This document shows positions 50,245-63,490 of a stretch of DNA of 64,000 bases, in pieces. This stretch comes from Prorocentrum cordatum (Eukaryota), in contig CAUYUJ010000001.1 of assembly GCA_963575745.1 (NCBI GenBank), forward strand, positions 3,286,001-3,350,000. The letters are read 5' to 3'. Made by a program: the position numbers and the translations under genes. The stretch's first letter is position 1. Each line of letters begins with the position of its first letter. The notes beneath the pieces were generated by a model. It made no database searches, was not told the origin of the DNA, and saw only the letters and a program-made list of their open reading frames with translations.

Positions 50245-50777
50245 CAGCATTTCGCATGTGTAAGATTTTATGAAAATAGGCACCGGTATTCAAAAAAGCG
50301 TAGGAGATCACAAATTACTCGAACGGCGTCGGGTGATGTTTGAATTCACTGACCATCGCATTCGTCATCCTTTGGCGGTCGTGTCTGGAGGAACCTGTTT
50401 CGTTTTTTTTTTTTTCCAATTTGTCCTGAACAGATAGAAGAATGCTAAATGTATCATTGAAATGCAAATATTTGAAAACGAAAGACACACTTGGAAGTGG
50501 CGATGATGGGGGAGCCGCCGCCTTAGTCTGAAGATTCCCTGAACGTGCGAGCAAAACTAGGTGGAACCAAAAATTGGACGGAATGAAACCGTCTTCCATT
50601 TCTATTGCGCATGCGTTGCCAAAATGCTAGAATATCAAAAAAATTGACACATACGAATTTTGCCAATTATCGTCTACCACGGAGGACGATCATCGGGGAA
50701 CTGTTGGACGGACGAAGACAATCGGGCGGAAGCGGAACAAAAACTGGAAAGTGGGTTACGCAACATATGATTCGCCT

Positions 50778-51356
50778 TATCCCACCAGCCCTCTGGGCGT
50801 CGGTGGTTTAGACCGTTTCCTCTTCCACCCCTCCTTCTTGTCCTTCGTGGAAGGGTTTACTCATCCTCGTACCCTTCCCCACTGACCTGGACAGGGGGTT
50901 CCGCGGCGCGGTGGAACGCCCAATATCGACCCCTGGGAATGCTAAAATTGAACACCTCTCACGAGGATCGTGGCTCCTGGGAGGGAAACTCTAATTAAGG
51001 AGTCTCTTTGATCGATTTCCTTTACGATGGCCGCAAGAGGCTCTTAGGATGCCCCAATATGCCACAAGATGGCTCCCAAATGACCATAAGAGGCACCTCG
51101 AGAGGCCCCCAGGAGGCCCCCAAGAGACCCCCAAGAGGCCCCAAGAGACCCCCCTAGAAGCACCCAAGGTGTTCGAGAGGCCCTAAGATGGCCCCAAGAT
51201 GCTCGAAGAGGCTCCCAAGAGGCCCAACAAATCCGAACGGCCCACAGAGGCCCCCCCGAGGCACCCAAGACGCTGAAAACCCCTCAAGACGACCCTCTAC
51301 TCGCCTGGGCGTCGTTTCTGGATGGGCTGGTGGGGATACGCGAAGCGTCTAGAATT
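50778..51356 (+). mobile_element. CCCACCAGCCC family copy D
   Basis: ATCCCACCAGCCC ... GGGCTGGTGGGGATACGCGAAGCGTCTAGAATT. Confidence 0.82.
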
Positions 51357-51359
51357 TGA

Positions 51360-52450
51360 TTCCGTGCTGGAAGTGCGGCGGAACCAACGCTGTCGGAACC
51401 GTCGTCGGAACCTGAATACAGCTGAATTGGTCTTGGATACTACGGATACATAAAGTAAATTTTTTGTACTGGTAGATCCGACAAACCCAAGATGCCCAAA
51501 TTCTGTGATATTGCCACCGCCTATTCTTTGGAAGTGGATGGTCCCGGAATCCGATGCGGATGCCACAAGTAAAAATACCCGATGTCTTGTAATATACAGT
51601 ATCGTCAGGACCAACTTGCACCCTGAATGTCATATGCAACCTTCCTCACCACATTGCCGTAATCGTGAATTCAATTTTGTAATCCGTACTCGGAAAGCCA
51701 AACCATATTAAGCATTTATCGTACATTCCAAACCATTGCCGTTTCTGCAGCTCACGGGGTTGTGGAAACACCGTAAACGCCGTCATGGATGTTGGTGCCC
51801 GCGCGGTCGCCGAAAGTAGTGTGAAACCAACCGGTGCACTTGTCATCATCTCCTGAATCCGAAATGGCCTTAGCACCTAAAACGACTATACGGCCCTGGA
51901 TTCAATGCTTCCCCAATCCTCTTCCCGTATAGTGGGGACAGGCAATATAATCAAATGTAATATCCACCCAATGCAACACACAACGCAACTGTATTTGAAA
52001 AGTACACACGTGCAATGGTTTGCGCCATAACCGAACTTGTCGTGCCTAGCATACGGTATGATACGCATAATTCGTGGTGCTGCGTATTGCTTGGTGTGCC
52101 CCTGCGCGTAATTGTGGTGTACCGTCGGCCATGTAAGTGCCACCCCAAAACATATATGGAATTACCGCTGGGGCTGGTGTCCGCCCCCGGCGAGACCTGG
52201 ATGTCGCAATGCAGAAAGTATGCCGACGATCCGGCACAAAAACATGATGTCGACCAATATTCAGCGCATGCTCGATAAAGTATGTTTGGTCTCCGTGCCA
52301 ATACAATCTGAAATACCCGTCACACCGCGTATACTTGTAAAAATACCAATTCCCTTTACCAATCCCTCCTCCGTCCTCCTCCCGTGCTGTTTCAACGTCA
52401 AACGCCTCGTCTTCCTTCACCTCCTCATTGTCCTTCTCCTGGAACTGCCC
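51360..52450 (-). pseudogene. Possible decayed hAT-like transposase
   Basis: Frame-broken motifs in hAT-like order: MADGTPQ (~52120), TFGDRAGTN (~51805), RRWQY (~51515). Weak. Confidence 0.3.
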
Positions 52451-53523
52451 CATCTCAGCGCCGGCGTGAACGCCAGAAACAGCAATCACCTTGTCGCAAG
52501 CGCGCGTCCATTTAGCAATCCCAGGCCGGGGGGCCGATGGATAAGAAATGGCACCCCAACGATCCTGTGCAATATCTCCATCTCGGTAGTCTGCGCCATC
52601 TGGGCAAACTGTTGTAACGCTAGCCTGCCATGGGCTTAAATATAATCCAAGAAATCGTGCCGCTCTCTGTCCGCCGGCGTCATGGTGGGCATGGCCGTCC
52701 CGAGCCGCGGGTAGCTGAGGAAAGCAACCACTGTCAGCAAACTGCTGGCGAGAATGCCAGTCGCAAGCCACCCCCAGCCGAGGGGCCCCAGCCCCGCGTG
52801 AGGTGGTAATCCGGACGGTAGCCCATGCAGACCATGCTGGCGTGAATTGTCGCCTGTTTGCGCTCTGTCGGCATCGTGGCCGCTGCCGCATAGGAGCGCG
52901 AAACCCAGTCCGATGCCCACGTATAGGTGCCCGCGCCTGCCGTCCACACACGGTCCCACGGGCTTTGCCCCAATCGTTGCAAAACCCATGCCATCGACGC
53001 AACCGTTCGCTACAAACGTCCGCGCGAGAGAAGAGGAACATGTTGCGTAGTCTGGGATGGATGTAAGTAGTGAGTGAAAAGAAGAAAAGAGTAGATTTGA
53101 CCCCCGCACGCTTGACCCTTCAAACAAAACGATTCTAGTTTTGGGGTCACGTGTTCGTATCCCCCATGCGACCGACATATGATGCAAAAACATACGAGAA
53201 AACGTCGACGCAATGAATTGCGACCATATTCGCCCCGTTTGTGATAAATCATGTGGCTTCCAGCCATTACAAAATCGTCGGATACCAGCTGGGAGCTGCA
53301 AATCAAAAACGTTGACACATGCAAATATTAGAATTCGCGCCCGGGCGCGCGTAATTTGGCGCTGCCGTTTGCAAAATGCTAGACCGTGGTTCTTTGTTGT
53401 GGATCGACAAATGTGGTGCAACAAGAGAACAACACATATGGCGACGCAGTGGAGGAACCAAACGTAAATTCGTAATCGGATGGGTTTAGCAATTAACTAT
53501 ACAACGAAACAACCTATTGCGCG

Positions 53524-54760
53524 AATCCCACCAGCCCTTTGGGCGTGAGTGGTTTAGGGAGCTCTCTCTGTCCTCAACCCCCCTTCTTCCTCTTCGGGGA
53601 GGGGTTCACCCCTCCCCCTCCCCCCTCCCCCTGGGCCTGGAGAGGGAGTCCCGAGCGTCGTCAGGGGGGGTCGTTTTCGACTCCTGGGAGGGCTAAAAAA
53701 CGACGACCCTCACGAGGATTCTGGCCCCGAGGGGGGGGGGGGAGTTTGGCCCCTCTGCTCTTCTTTGAAGCCAAAAACATTGATTTTACGACGGTGTCGG
53801 CCCCATTTTGGCCTTCTGAGGGGGCCGCGCTCATCTTCCTTCATAGCAAAATCATTGATTTTACGAAGGTTTTGGGCTCATTCTGTCCTTCTCAGGGGGC
53901 AGCGCTCCTTTGCGCTTCTGAGGAGGTCGCAAGAGGCCCCAAGATGGCCCCAAGAGGCCCCCAGGAGGCTCCCAAGAGGCCTCCCAGAGGCCCCCAAGAG
54001 GCCCCCAAGAGGCCCCAAGAGGCCCCCAATAGGCCCCCAAGAGGCCCAAAGAGGCCTCAAGAGGCCCCAAGAGGCCCCCAAGAGGCCCCCAAGAGGCCCC
54101 AAGAGGCCCCCAAGAGGCCCCAAGAGGCCCCAAGAGGCCCCCAAGAGGCCCCACGAGGAGCCCGAACGACTCACACCAGGACGAGGGGCCCGAACGACTC
54201 ACACCACGAAGAGCCCGAACGACTCACACCACAAGGAGGGGCCCGAACGACTCACACCAGGACGAGGCGCCCGAACGACTCACACCACGAGGAGCCCGAA
54301 CGACTCACACCACGACGCGGGCCCCGAACGACTCACACCACGAGGAGCCCGAACGAGTTACACCAGGAGGAGGGGCCCGAACGACTCACACCAGGATGAG
54401 GGGCCCGAACAACTCACACCACGAGAAGCCCGAACGACTCACACCAGGACGAAGAGCCCGAACGACTCACACCACGAAGAGCCCGAACGACTCACACCAG
54501 GAAGAAGGGCCCGAACGACTCACACCAGGACGAGAAACCCCAAACGACTCAAATCACGAGGAGCGCTTTCTCTCCCTCCTCCTCCGCCTCGTCCTTCTCC
54601 CGCTCCCCCCACAAGGAGGATGTACAAGGAGGCGGGAGGAAGGAGGAACAGGGGAGATATGCGGGGCCAAGCGGACACACGCCTGAAAAACACGACTGTC
54701 GGCATGCTTCGCAAGAATTGCTGCTGTGAGATGGGCTGGTGGGGATACGCGAAGCGTAAA

Positions 54761-54765
<5 letters not shown>
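53524..54765 (+). mobile_element. CCCACCAGCCC family copy E with internal 10/11-bp and ~28-bp tandem arrays
   Basis: AATCCCACCAGCCC ... GGGCTGGTGGGGATACGCGAAGCGTAAATAATT. (CCCCAAGAGG)n at ~53930-54152; about 13 GCCCGAACGACTCACACCA units at ~54160-54540. Confidence 0.85.
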
Positions 54766-54813
<48 letters not shown>

Positions 54814-55585
54814 TACGAAACCTCTCAGAAAACAACCAAAAAAAACTACCCGGAAACCTCTGAAACAATCGATCCCGTTGCTAATGATCTCACTGTCTGT
54901 GTCACTATGGATTGACCAAGAAACTCGGGACAACCACGACAAACATACGTACGGAACGGCGATGAAGAAAACACGGGGCCACCACGGGGCAACGACAAAA
55001 AAAACACGGGCCAACAATCGGGACACCCGCGAACAAACAGCGGCAACCATTATAGGACAAGCGTTTGTAAACGGACGATTTTGGATCTGCTAAGTTTCCA
55101 GCAACATCCGGATTTTGATTCAGACTGCATTTGGCGACAACGACAATGATAACACATTCCCCACTGTATGGGCGGTGGGGAAAAGATCAGCTTTCACGTG
55201 GAATGTCGTAGTGACATCGGTCGGGTCTGGGTCAGAAGTTTGCCCAAAGTGAACAATGTGAGTCGAGCAGGCATGTCGTAGCAGCGAAAACTGGATATTA
55301 ACAGTGGAGTCATAGAGCAAACGAGAGAGCGCGCCCACAGCGCCGGAGCAAAGGAGGGGTACTCCCATAGCACCCCCCCCCTTCCTTCCACTTTCCCTGC
55401 TGGAAGCTCCCCGCCTCTGCCCCCCTTTTTTCGCCTCCCCCGGAAGCTCCCCTCCTTTCGCCACTCCGAAACTACCCTCCCTTCCCATTGACCCCTGCCG
55501 GAAGCTCCCCCCGCCTCCCCCCTTTGGTTCCAAAGGGGGGAAGTTACCAACCGGCAACAACAAAAATTGCATAAAAAAAAACATG

Positions 55586-55878
55586 TTCCATAACCGAACA
55601 CGGATTTCCATAACTGCGGACACGGGTTTCCATAACTACCGACACGGGCTTCCATAATTGCCGACCGGGTTTCCACAACAGACAGCGCGGGTTCCCATAA
55701 CTGCCGACACGGGTCCCCGTCATTGCCTGCATGGGTTTCTATAATTGCCGACCCATGACACCAGGGGTCTTCGTAACTAGCCGCTTTCGTTCAATCTCTC
55801 TTTTTGTTTCTCTCTTTTTTGTTTCCCCGTGTTTGTTTTCGTTTTTTCCCCTCGTTTTTTTTTTTTTTTTTTTTTTTT

Positions 55879-55933
<55 letters not shown>

Positions 55934-58427
55934 ATCATTATATATTTTGCCCCCACTCTGCGCCCCGATGCTGGCAAATCGAACGCGGCTGAGGCGCACA
56001 GCGCCACTCGATAGCAAACATGCCAGCGTCTGGAGGATAAAATTATATTAAATTTTGGAGGGCGCAAAGAAACCAGAGGAGAAACCTAGAATACGTCATC
56101 TCGAGTTATTATTGCACGAGAATCACTTCTTCCGCGGCCAGCGAATAACATTTTTTAGGCGTCAGACAACAAACACGTTTTCGCGGTTGCTGGCGAAAGA
56201 ATCCAGAATATTTCCCAACCATCCTGTGGTGTTGGGTCATTGTTTTGAAGAGACGGTGGCCCGCGTCTCCTCTTCTCCTCCTCCTCCCCCTCCTCCCCCC
56301 TCCTCCCTGCGTTTCACCCGCCCAGTGCAGCGTTTCGTGGCCCCACTGGGAGCTCCACTGAAGGCTCCAGTGGCTGCGTTCGCATGGCGGCCCCGCCCCA
56401 TTTCGGCGCACCCCTCGCGAGGATCGTGGCCCCATAGGGAGCTCCACCGATGGCCCCAGTGGCCTCCAGTGGCTGCGTTCGCATGGCGGCCTCGGGCCAT
56501 GTCGGCACACCCCTCACGAGGATCGTGGCTGCATAGGAGCTCCACCGAAGGCCCCAAGTGGCAGCCTCCCTCATGGCTCTTAGAGCCCTTTCCTGCTTCT
56601 GCTCCTCGGTCAGGGGGGCGCCGTCCTCGTCGTCGTCGGCGCCCGCGAAGACGGCCACGAACGTGTCCCTGAGCATGTCGGGCTCCGGCGGGAAGTTGTG
56701 GCCACATCGGGGGCGCGGGCGAAGATGTTATTCACAATTGCGGTAGTCACAACTGCGTATGGTTGGGTCTTTCGCCAGGCTAATTTATGGGTTGCCCGCG
56801 ATGTTGTTATTGCGTATGTTTGGCATTCTTGCAAAAACAAATAAAACAATATGAGGTTGAATGGAAAAACATTTAAATTGGTTGTGGTTTCGGGTGGTTG
56901 AACACTCTCGGAAGGCAACGATTTATCCGGGACATCAATGTGGATCAGATCAATAACGGCATCGGAAACCGAATTGCGCGATTGGAATCAATAGCGTCCG
57001 GGAAAATTAAGTTCGACACATTCGGTAAGCTAATGCATGTTCCGATCTGGGATAAGACCTTTTATTTTCCACACAAATTGTCGCGCAATGCTGCCTCATA
57101 CATGTCTGACCACATTTATTGTTATCGTTGGTATGTGTTTCTTTAATTGAGCCGTCCGCGTCCGTGGTGGGCCAAATTCTTCTCCATACCGCCGCGTGGT
57201 TGTGGTTGCGTTTGCCGGTTAAATGATTTTAAAGAGCAATTGACAACGCATTTCGAAACGGGTCGGAACGACACCGTTCCGATGGAAAAATATTTCCGGC
57301 AGTTCACGCACGCGAGCCTCACTATTGAAATCAGGAAAAAATTATACTCAAATGTATTTGGCGGGCTTCCATTTCGGATTCCGAATTCCATTGCCGAATC
57401 TATATAAAGCATGGTTCAATCCAACGTCCGTTAATTATTTTTGTGCCCCAAATGTATCCATGGGCAACAAAAGTGGAAATGATTTCGTCTGGTCTTGGGG
57501 TTCTTCAGTGCTTTGATCTGGTAATTTACGGCCATTGGATAGAATAGTGCCTTCATGCGCCGTTTGGTGGTGCGTGCGGGGAATTGCCTTTCAACGGCTT
57601 GAGACACGAAAGGTGTGTTGACCCGAGGGACTTGCTAATCATTTCTCTTCAGCCAATTCCTACGCACACTATGTTAAAAATATTTGGGCTTTTCCTCTTC
57701 CTCTTCCGTCTCCTCCTCCTCTTTGTCCTTGTCCTCTTCCTCCATGTGCTCACGGCACTCTGTGGCATTTCACCAACATTTTGCTCGTAAGCTTGGGTCT
57801 GATGCTGAAAAGCATGGAAAACAGAAAAAATCGGATTACGATCCGCATCGCGATTACTGCCAACACGGCGGCCATCACAAGAACATGGCCAACACCAACG
57901 AGACGCCCACCACGCCCAGGTCGATCTTCCCAGTCCCTGGTCCCGTCCCTCTCATTTTCTTTGCCAAGCCGCCCCTGCCGCAGTGCGCGTCCCCTTTTCG
58001 TCATTCCCCCCTCTCGACCCGTCGCCCGCACGTCCTCATTGATTTTTCCCTTGGCAGTGACCAATTTCCTGCAAAGAAAAATCAAGAAAACAAGAAAAAC
58101 AGAAAGAGAGAGAGAGAGAGAGAGACAGAGGAAACAATAAAAATAGACAGAGAGGGAAAAGACAGAGAGAACGAGGGACATAAAAACCCGTTCCGTGGTT
58201 TCATGTTGATAATAATGGAAACCAAATAATTACTCATGAACGACAAATTATGGACACTCAGGTCGGCAATTATGGAAACCCGTAAATTCAATTATGGAAG
58301 CCCGTGTTGTCAATTATGGAACCCCGTGTTGGCAAATATAGAAACCCGTGCAGGCAGTTACGGAAACGCGTGCCGGCAGTTGTGGAAACCCGTATTCAGT
58401 AATGGAAACTCGTGTTCAGTTATGGAA
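55586..58427. mobile_element. Foldback-like element, 2.84 kb, long modular inverted ends
   Basis: 22-bp arrays (TTCCATAACTGCCGACACGGGT) at 55586-55755 and inverted at ~58210-58427. Inside them, a CT-rich tract (~55790-55930) mirrors a GA-rich tract (~58070-58180). Confidence 0.65.
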
Positions 58428-58784
58428 TCCCTTGACTCCCACGTACCACCCCCCCACGAGGGGAACTTAACTACCCCCCCTTCCATTGACCACCCTTTGC
58501 CGGAAGCCTTCCCTTCATTCCCCTCCCTGCCGAAAGCTCCCCCTCCAAAAGGGGAGGGGCGGCTTAGCTACAACCCCCTTCCCTTGAACTCCTCCTGCCA
58601 GACGATCCTCTCCCGTCGCCATCGTCGTCGCTCGACGTCTTTGTGCGACGCCGTCGTCGTCCTCGTCGTCGCCGTCATTGTCGCCGTCTTCGTATGACCT
58701 CGTCGCCGTCGTCACGATGAGGACGAAGTCGTACGAACATGGCGACGGACGACGGATGACAAACGACCGACGACCGACGACGAC

Positions 58785-61700
58785 GACGACCCAGGGTCAG
58801 AGAGAACCGCGACCCAGGGGCTGATAAAACGAAGAAACGTTGCGGTGTACGAGAAAACGGGATAACGGCCCAGGGACGGAGAAAACGAGAAAACGAACCA
58901 GGGTCAGAAAAAAAACGAGCCAGGTTCCGAGAAAACGAGACCACGACCCAGGGGCAAATAAAACGCGAAAACGAAGCAGGGTCAGAGAACACGAGACCAC
59001 GACCCAGAGACCGAGAACACGAGACAACGAGAAAACGAACCAAAGCCCGAGAAAACGGGACCACGACCCTGGGGCCAAGAAAACGAGAAAACGAACCAGG
59101 GCCCGAGAAAACGAGACAAGAACCTAGGAGCCTAGAAAACGAGAAAACGAGACAATGAACCAGGGTCCGAGAAAACGAGACCACGACCCAAGGGCGGAGA
59201 AAACGAGAAAACGAACCGAGGTCCGAGCAAACGGGACCACGACCAAGGGGCAGAGAAAACGCGAATATCGGTCTGAGAAAACAAGACCACGACACAGGGC
59301 CCGAGAAAACCAGAAAACAAACCATGGTCAGAGAAAACGAGACTGCGACCCAAGGGCCGAGACGAGAAAACAGACCAGCGTCCGAGAAAATGAGACCACG
59401 ACCCAGGGGCCGAGAAACCAAGAAAACGAACCAGGGCCCGAGAACACTGGACCACGACCCAGGGGCCGAGAAAACAAGAAAGGAGAACACGGACCAGGGC
59501 CAGAGAAACCGAGACCACGACCCAAAGGCCGAGAAAACGAGAAGCCGAGAAAACAAACTAGGCCAGAGAAAAGATAACCACGACCAAGGGGCAGAGAAAA
59601 CGAGAAATTTAATCATGGTCCTGGAAAACCAAGCCACGACCGGCAGAGACAACGAGACAGCGAGAAGACCCCGAGAAAACGAGACCACGACCCAGGGGCC
59701 GAGAAAACGAGAAAAGGAGAAAACGACATGGGGTCCGAGAAAACGAGACCACGACCAAGGGGCAAAGAAAACGCGAAAACAAACCAGGCTCCGAGAAAAC
59801 TGGACCACGACCCAGGAACCGAGAAAACAAGAAAACAAGAAAACGAATGCGGGTCAGAGAAACCGAGACCACGACCCAAGGGCCCAGACAACGAGAAAAC
59901 AAGACAACGAACCAGCGCCCGAGAAAACGAGACAAAAGCCCAGCGGCCGAGAACACGAGAAAACGAGCCAAAGTCCGCTAACGAGACCACGACCCAAGGG
60001 CCGAGAAAACCAGAAAACGTGAAACGAACCAAGGCCCGAGAAAACGAGACTAAGACACAAAGGCAGAGAACGCGAGAAAACGAGAAAACAAACCAGCGTC
60101 CGAGAAAACGAGACCACGACCGAGGGGCCGAGAACACGAGACAAAAAGAGCACGAGCCAAAATCAAAGAAAACAAAACCGCAATCCCGGGACCGAGAAAC
60201 GGAGAACACGAAACATCGAGCCAAGGTCCGAGACAACGGGACCACGATCCAGGGGCCGAGACAACAACAATCGAACCAAGGTCAGAGAAAACGAGACCAC
60301 GACCCAGGGGCCCAGAACACGAGAAAACGATAAAACTAACCAGGCTGCGAGGAAAAATGAGACCACGACCCACGGGCCGCATGAAAACGAACCAGGGCCA
60401 TAGAAAACGACACAACAACCCAGAAGCCGAGAAAACGAGTCAACGAACCAAGGTTCGAGAAAACGAGATAACGACCCAGGGACCGAGAACACGAGAAAAC
60501 TAACCAAAGTCCGAGCAAACGAGACCACGACTCAAAGGCACAGAAAAACGCGACAAACGAAGCAGGGCCGAAGGAAACACGACCACGACCGACGGGCCCC
60601 TGAAAACGAACAAACGAGAAAGGGAATCGGGGCCCGAGAAAACGAGACTACGAACCAGCGGCCGAGAAAACAAGAAAATGAGAAAGGGCCAGAGACAGGA
60701 GCCCGATAACAAGAAAATGAAAAAGGGTCAGAGACAGAAAATGAGAAAAGATCAGAACATGAAAACAAGAAAATCAGGACCCGAGAAAACGAGACCACGA
60801 CGCAAGGGCCGAGAAAACAAAACACGAGAGAACGAACCAGGCCCCGAGAGCACGAGACCACGACCTAAGGGCCGAGGAACTGAGAAAACGAGATCACGAC
60901 CCAAGAACATAGAAAACGAGGAAACGAGAACACGAAGCAAGGCACTGGGGGGCCGAGACAACGAGAAAACGAGAATACTAACTAACACCCGAGAAACCCA
61001 AATCACTACACAGGGCCCGAGAAAACCAGACAACTAACCAACATCATAGAACACGAGACTACGACCCACTGGCCGAGAACACAAGACACCGAGAACACGA
61101 ACTAGGGCCCGAGAAAACGACACAAAAACCCAGAAGCCGAGAAACCGAGACAACGAACCAGGGTTCGAGAAAACGAGGTAACGACCCAGGGACAACGAGC
61201 ACGAGAGCACGAGAAAACTGACCAGAGTCCGAGGACACGGGGCCACGACCGCAGGGCACAGGAAGCGCGAACACGAACCAGGGCCAGAGAAAACACGACC
61301 ACGACCCACGGGGCGAGAAAACGAAACAACGAGAAAGGGAATCGGGGCCCGAGGAAACGAGACTACGAGCCAGCGGCCGAGAAAGCAAGAAAACGAGAAG
61401 GGGTCAGAGAGACAACGAGACCACGACCCAGGGGCCGAGACGACAAGAAACGAAGCAACGAATCAGGCCCTGAGAACACGAGACCACGACCCAAGGGCCG
61501 AGGAAACGAGAAAACGCGAAAACGACCCACGACCCAGGGCCGAGAAAACGATAAAACGAACCACGGTCTGACGAAACCACGACCCAAGGGCCAAGATCAC
61601 CTTAAACGCTTGCTTCGAGAAAACGAGACCACGACCCAGGAGCCGAGAAAACGAGGAAACGAGAAAACGAAGCAGGGTCAGAGGAAACGAGACCACCACC

Positions 61701-62010
61701 CGGGGGCCGAGACAACGAGAAAACGAGAATACGAACTAGCGCCTGAGAAAACACAATCACGACCCAGGGGCCGAGACACTAAGCAGTGTCCGAGAAAACG
61801 AGACCACGACCCAGGGGCCGAGAAAACGAGAACACGAACCACGGTCAAAGAAAACAAGACCGCGACCCAGGGGCCGAAAACACGAGAAACCAACAAAACG
61901 AACCAGGGGCCGTGAAAACGAGAAAAGGATAAAAGGAATCAGGGCCCGAGAAGACGAGACTACGAACCATGAGCCGAGAAAACAGGAAAACAAGAAAACG
62001 AACCAGGGGT
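58785..62010. repeat. 3.2 kb degenerate satellite, ~55-65 bp unit (CCGAGAAAACGAGACCACGACCCAGGGGCCGAGAAAACGAGAAAACGAACCAGGG)
   Basis: About 50 degenerate copies. The + strand is strongly depleted of T. Confidence 0.95.
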
Positions 62011-62084
62011 CGACGTTGTCCAATCCGTTCTCTAGCGCTGCGGCGCGCACCTGTCTGCAAGGATTCAGCCATTTTGCCATGACC

Positions 62085-62430
62085 CCGGAAGGGAGGGTGG
62101 GGTAGCTTCGGAAGCCCACCCCCCTTGCAAAGGAGGGTGGAGGGGGGTAGCTTGAAGCCGCCCCCCCGTGTCCAGACCAGACAACGAAGGAGGGGGGGGT
62201 AACTTCCGAAGCCCCCCCTTTGAAAGGCAAGGCCGGGCTCACCTTCTGCTCCGGAGAAGGGAGGGAGGGGGGAATAGCTTCGAAGCCCCCCTCCCCCCCT
62301 TTAGCCAGGGCCCCCCTAGCTTAGAAACCCTTACAGAAGGGAGGGGGGGTTGGGGTAGCTTCGGAAGCTTCCCCCCCACTGTGGAAGGGAGGGGGGTGGT
62401 GGGGTAGCTTGAAGCTGGGGCCCCCCTTTC
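62085..62430. repeat. Repeats of GGGGTAGCTTCG(G)AAGCCCCC palindromic motif
   Basis: About 6 copies. Related motifs at ~55360-55548, ~58430-58590 and ~32420-32440. Confidence 0.7.
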
Positions 62431-62784
62431 CTTCTTCCCGGCGCTGCGGGCGCGCTCTTTCGAACAAACCGCTCCCTGCACATGCCTACGCGTCCTAAGT
62501 TCTTTGCTCCCATTTTCATAATAACAACGGGGAAGGCTGAAGGCTTGTTCCAGAAAGAATCGGCTTGTTCCAGAACGAATCGGTGAAACTAGGTCTCGGC
62601 TAAACTAGATCGGGAATTTGAGTCGCCGACTTTCGTAAGTCCGAGCACTAGATCGGCCCGGTCACGCCCTCATTTCCCATAACATACTTCGGTATGTGAA
62701 TGCTTTCGTTCGTGGGCGCCCCAAAATACGTGTTGACCTCGTATGACGGTCGGTCGACTCGGCTTGGCTGACTTTGCTCCGTCG

Positions 62785-63490
62785 GGGGTCCATCCGGGCA
62801 GGGTCAGTCTGCGCGGTCAGTCAGGGTCACTGGGCTCCAAGACTTTCCGGGATGAGTCCGGGATGAGTCCGGAGTCAAGGAGGAGTTACTTTGGCAGGAT
62901 TATTCCTGGGTCTGGGTCGGTGTGAGATCAATCTGGGGTCACTTCTGGGTCAGTGTGGGATCAGTCAGGGGTCGGTGCCAAGGTCAGTCCTGGGCCAGCT
63001 CGTGCGTGATCAGGCCAGGATGAGTCCGGAGTCAAGCTGGGGTCATTTCCAAGTCTGTGTGAGATCAGTCTGGGGTCCATCCGGGGTCAGTCCAGGGTCG
63101 GATCAATCTGGAGTCAATCCGGGGTCAATCCTGGGTCAGTCCAGGGATATTCCCAGAGGGGATCAGTTAGGGTCAGCCCGTGGTCAGTGTGGGTTCCTTC
63201 CCGGGTCAGTCCAGGGTCAGTCAGGGGTCAGGCCGGGGTCAGTCTGGAGTCAGACCTGGGTTGTGGGATCAATCAATCCAGGGTTATTCCCGTGCTGGGG
63301 TTAGTCCTGGGTCAGTCCCGGGTCCGTGTGAGATCAGCCCAAGACCAATCTGGGTTCAGTCTGGGGTCATTCCCGTGTGGGATCAGTATGCAGGGGCCAG
63401 TCCAATGTCCTTCCCGGGTCAATCCGCCGGAGACAGTCCGGGTTTCGCTCCAGGCCACCCGGGATCGGCTTATGCAGGATCCATCTGAGG
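62785..63490. repeat. 11-bp degenerate tandem repeat (GGGTCAGTCCG/GGGTCAGTCTG)
   Basis: About 60 degenerate copies. Confidence 0.85.

Noticed and set aside
53539..54763. Pro/Arg-rich repetitive ORFs (also in other TCTTGG blocks)
   Set aside because: Translations of internal tandem repeats of non-coding elements.
58675..62242. Hydrophobic or basic ORFs resembling membrane proteins
   Set aside because: Translations of the T-poor satellite, which lacks stop codons by composition.
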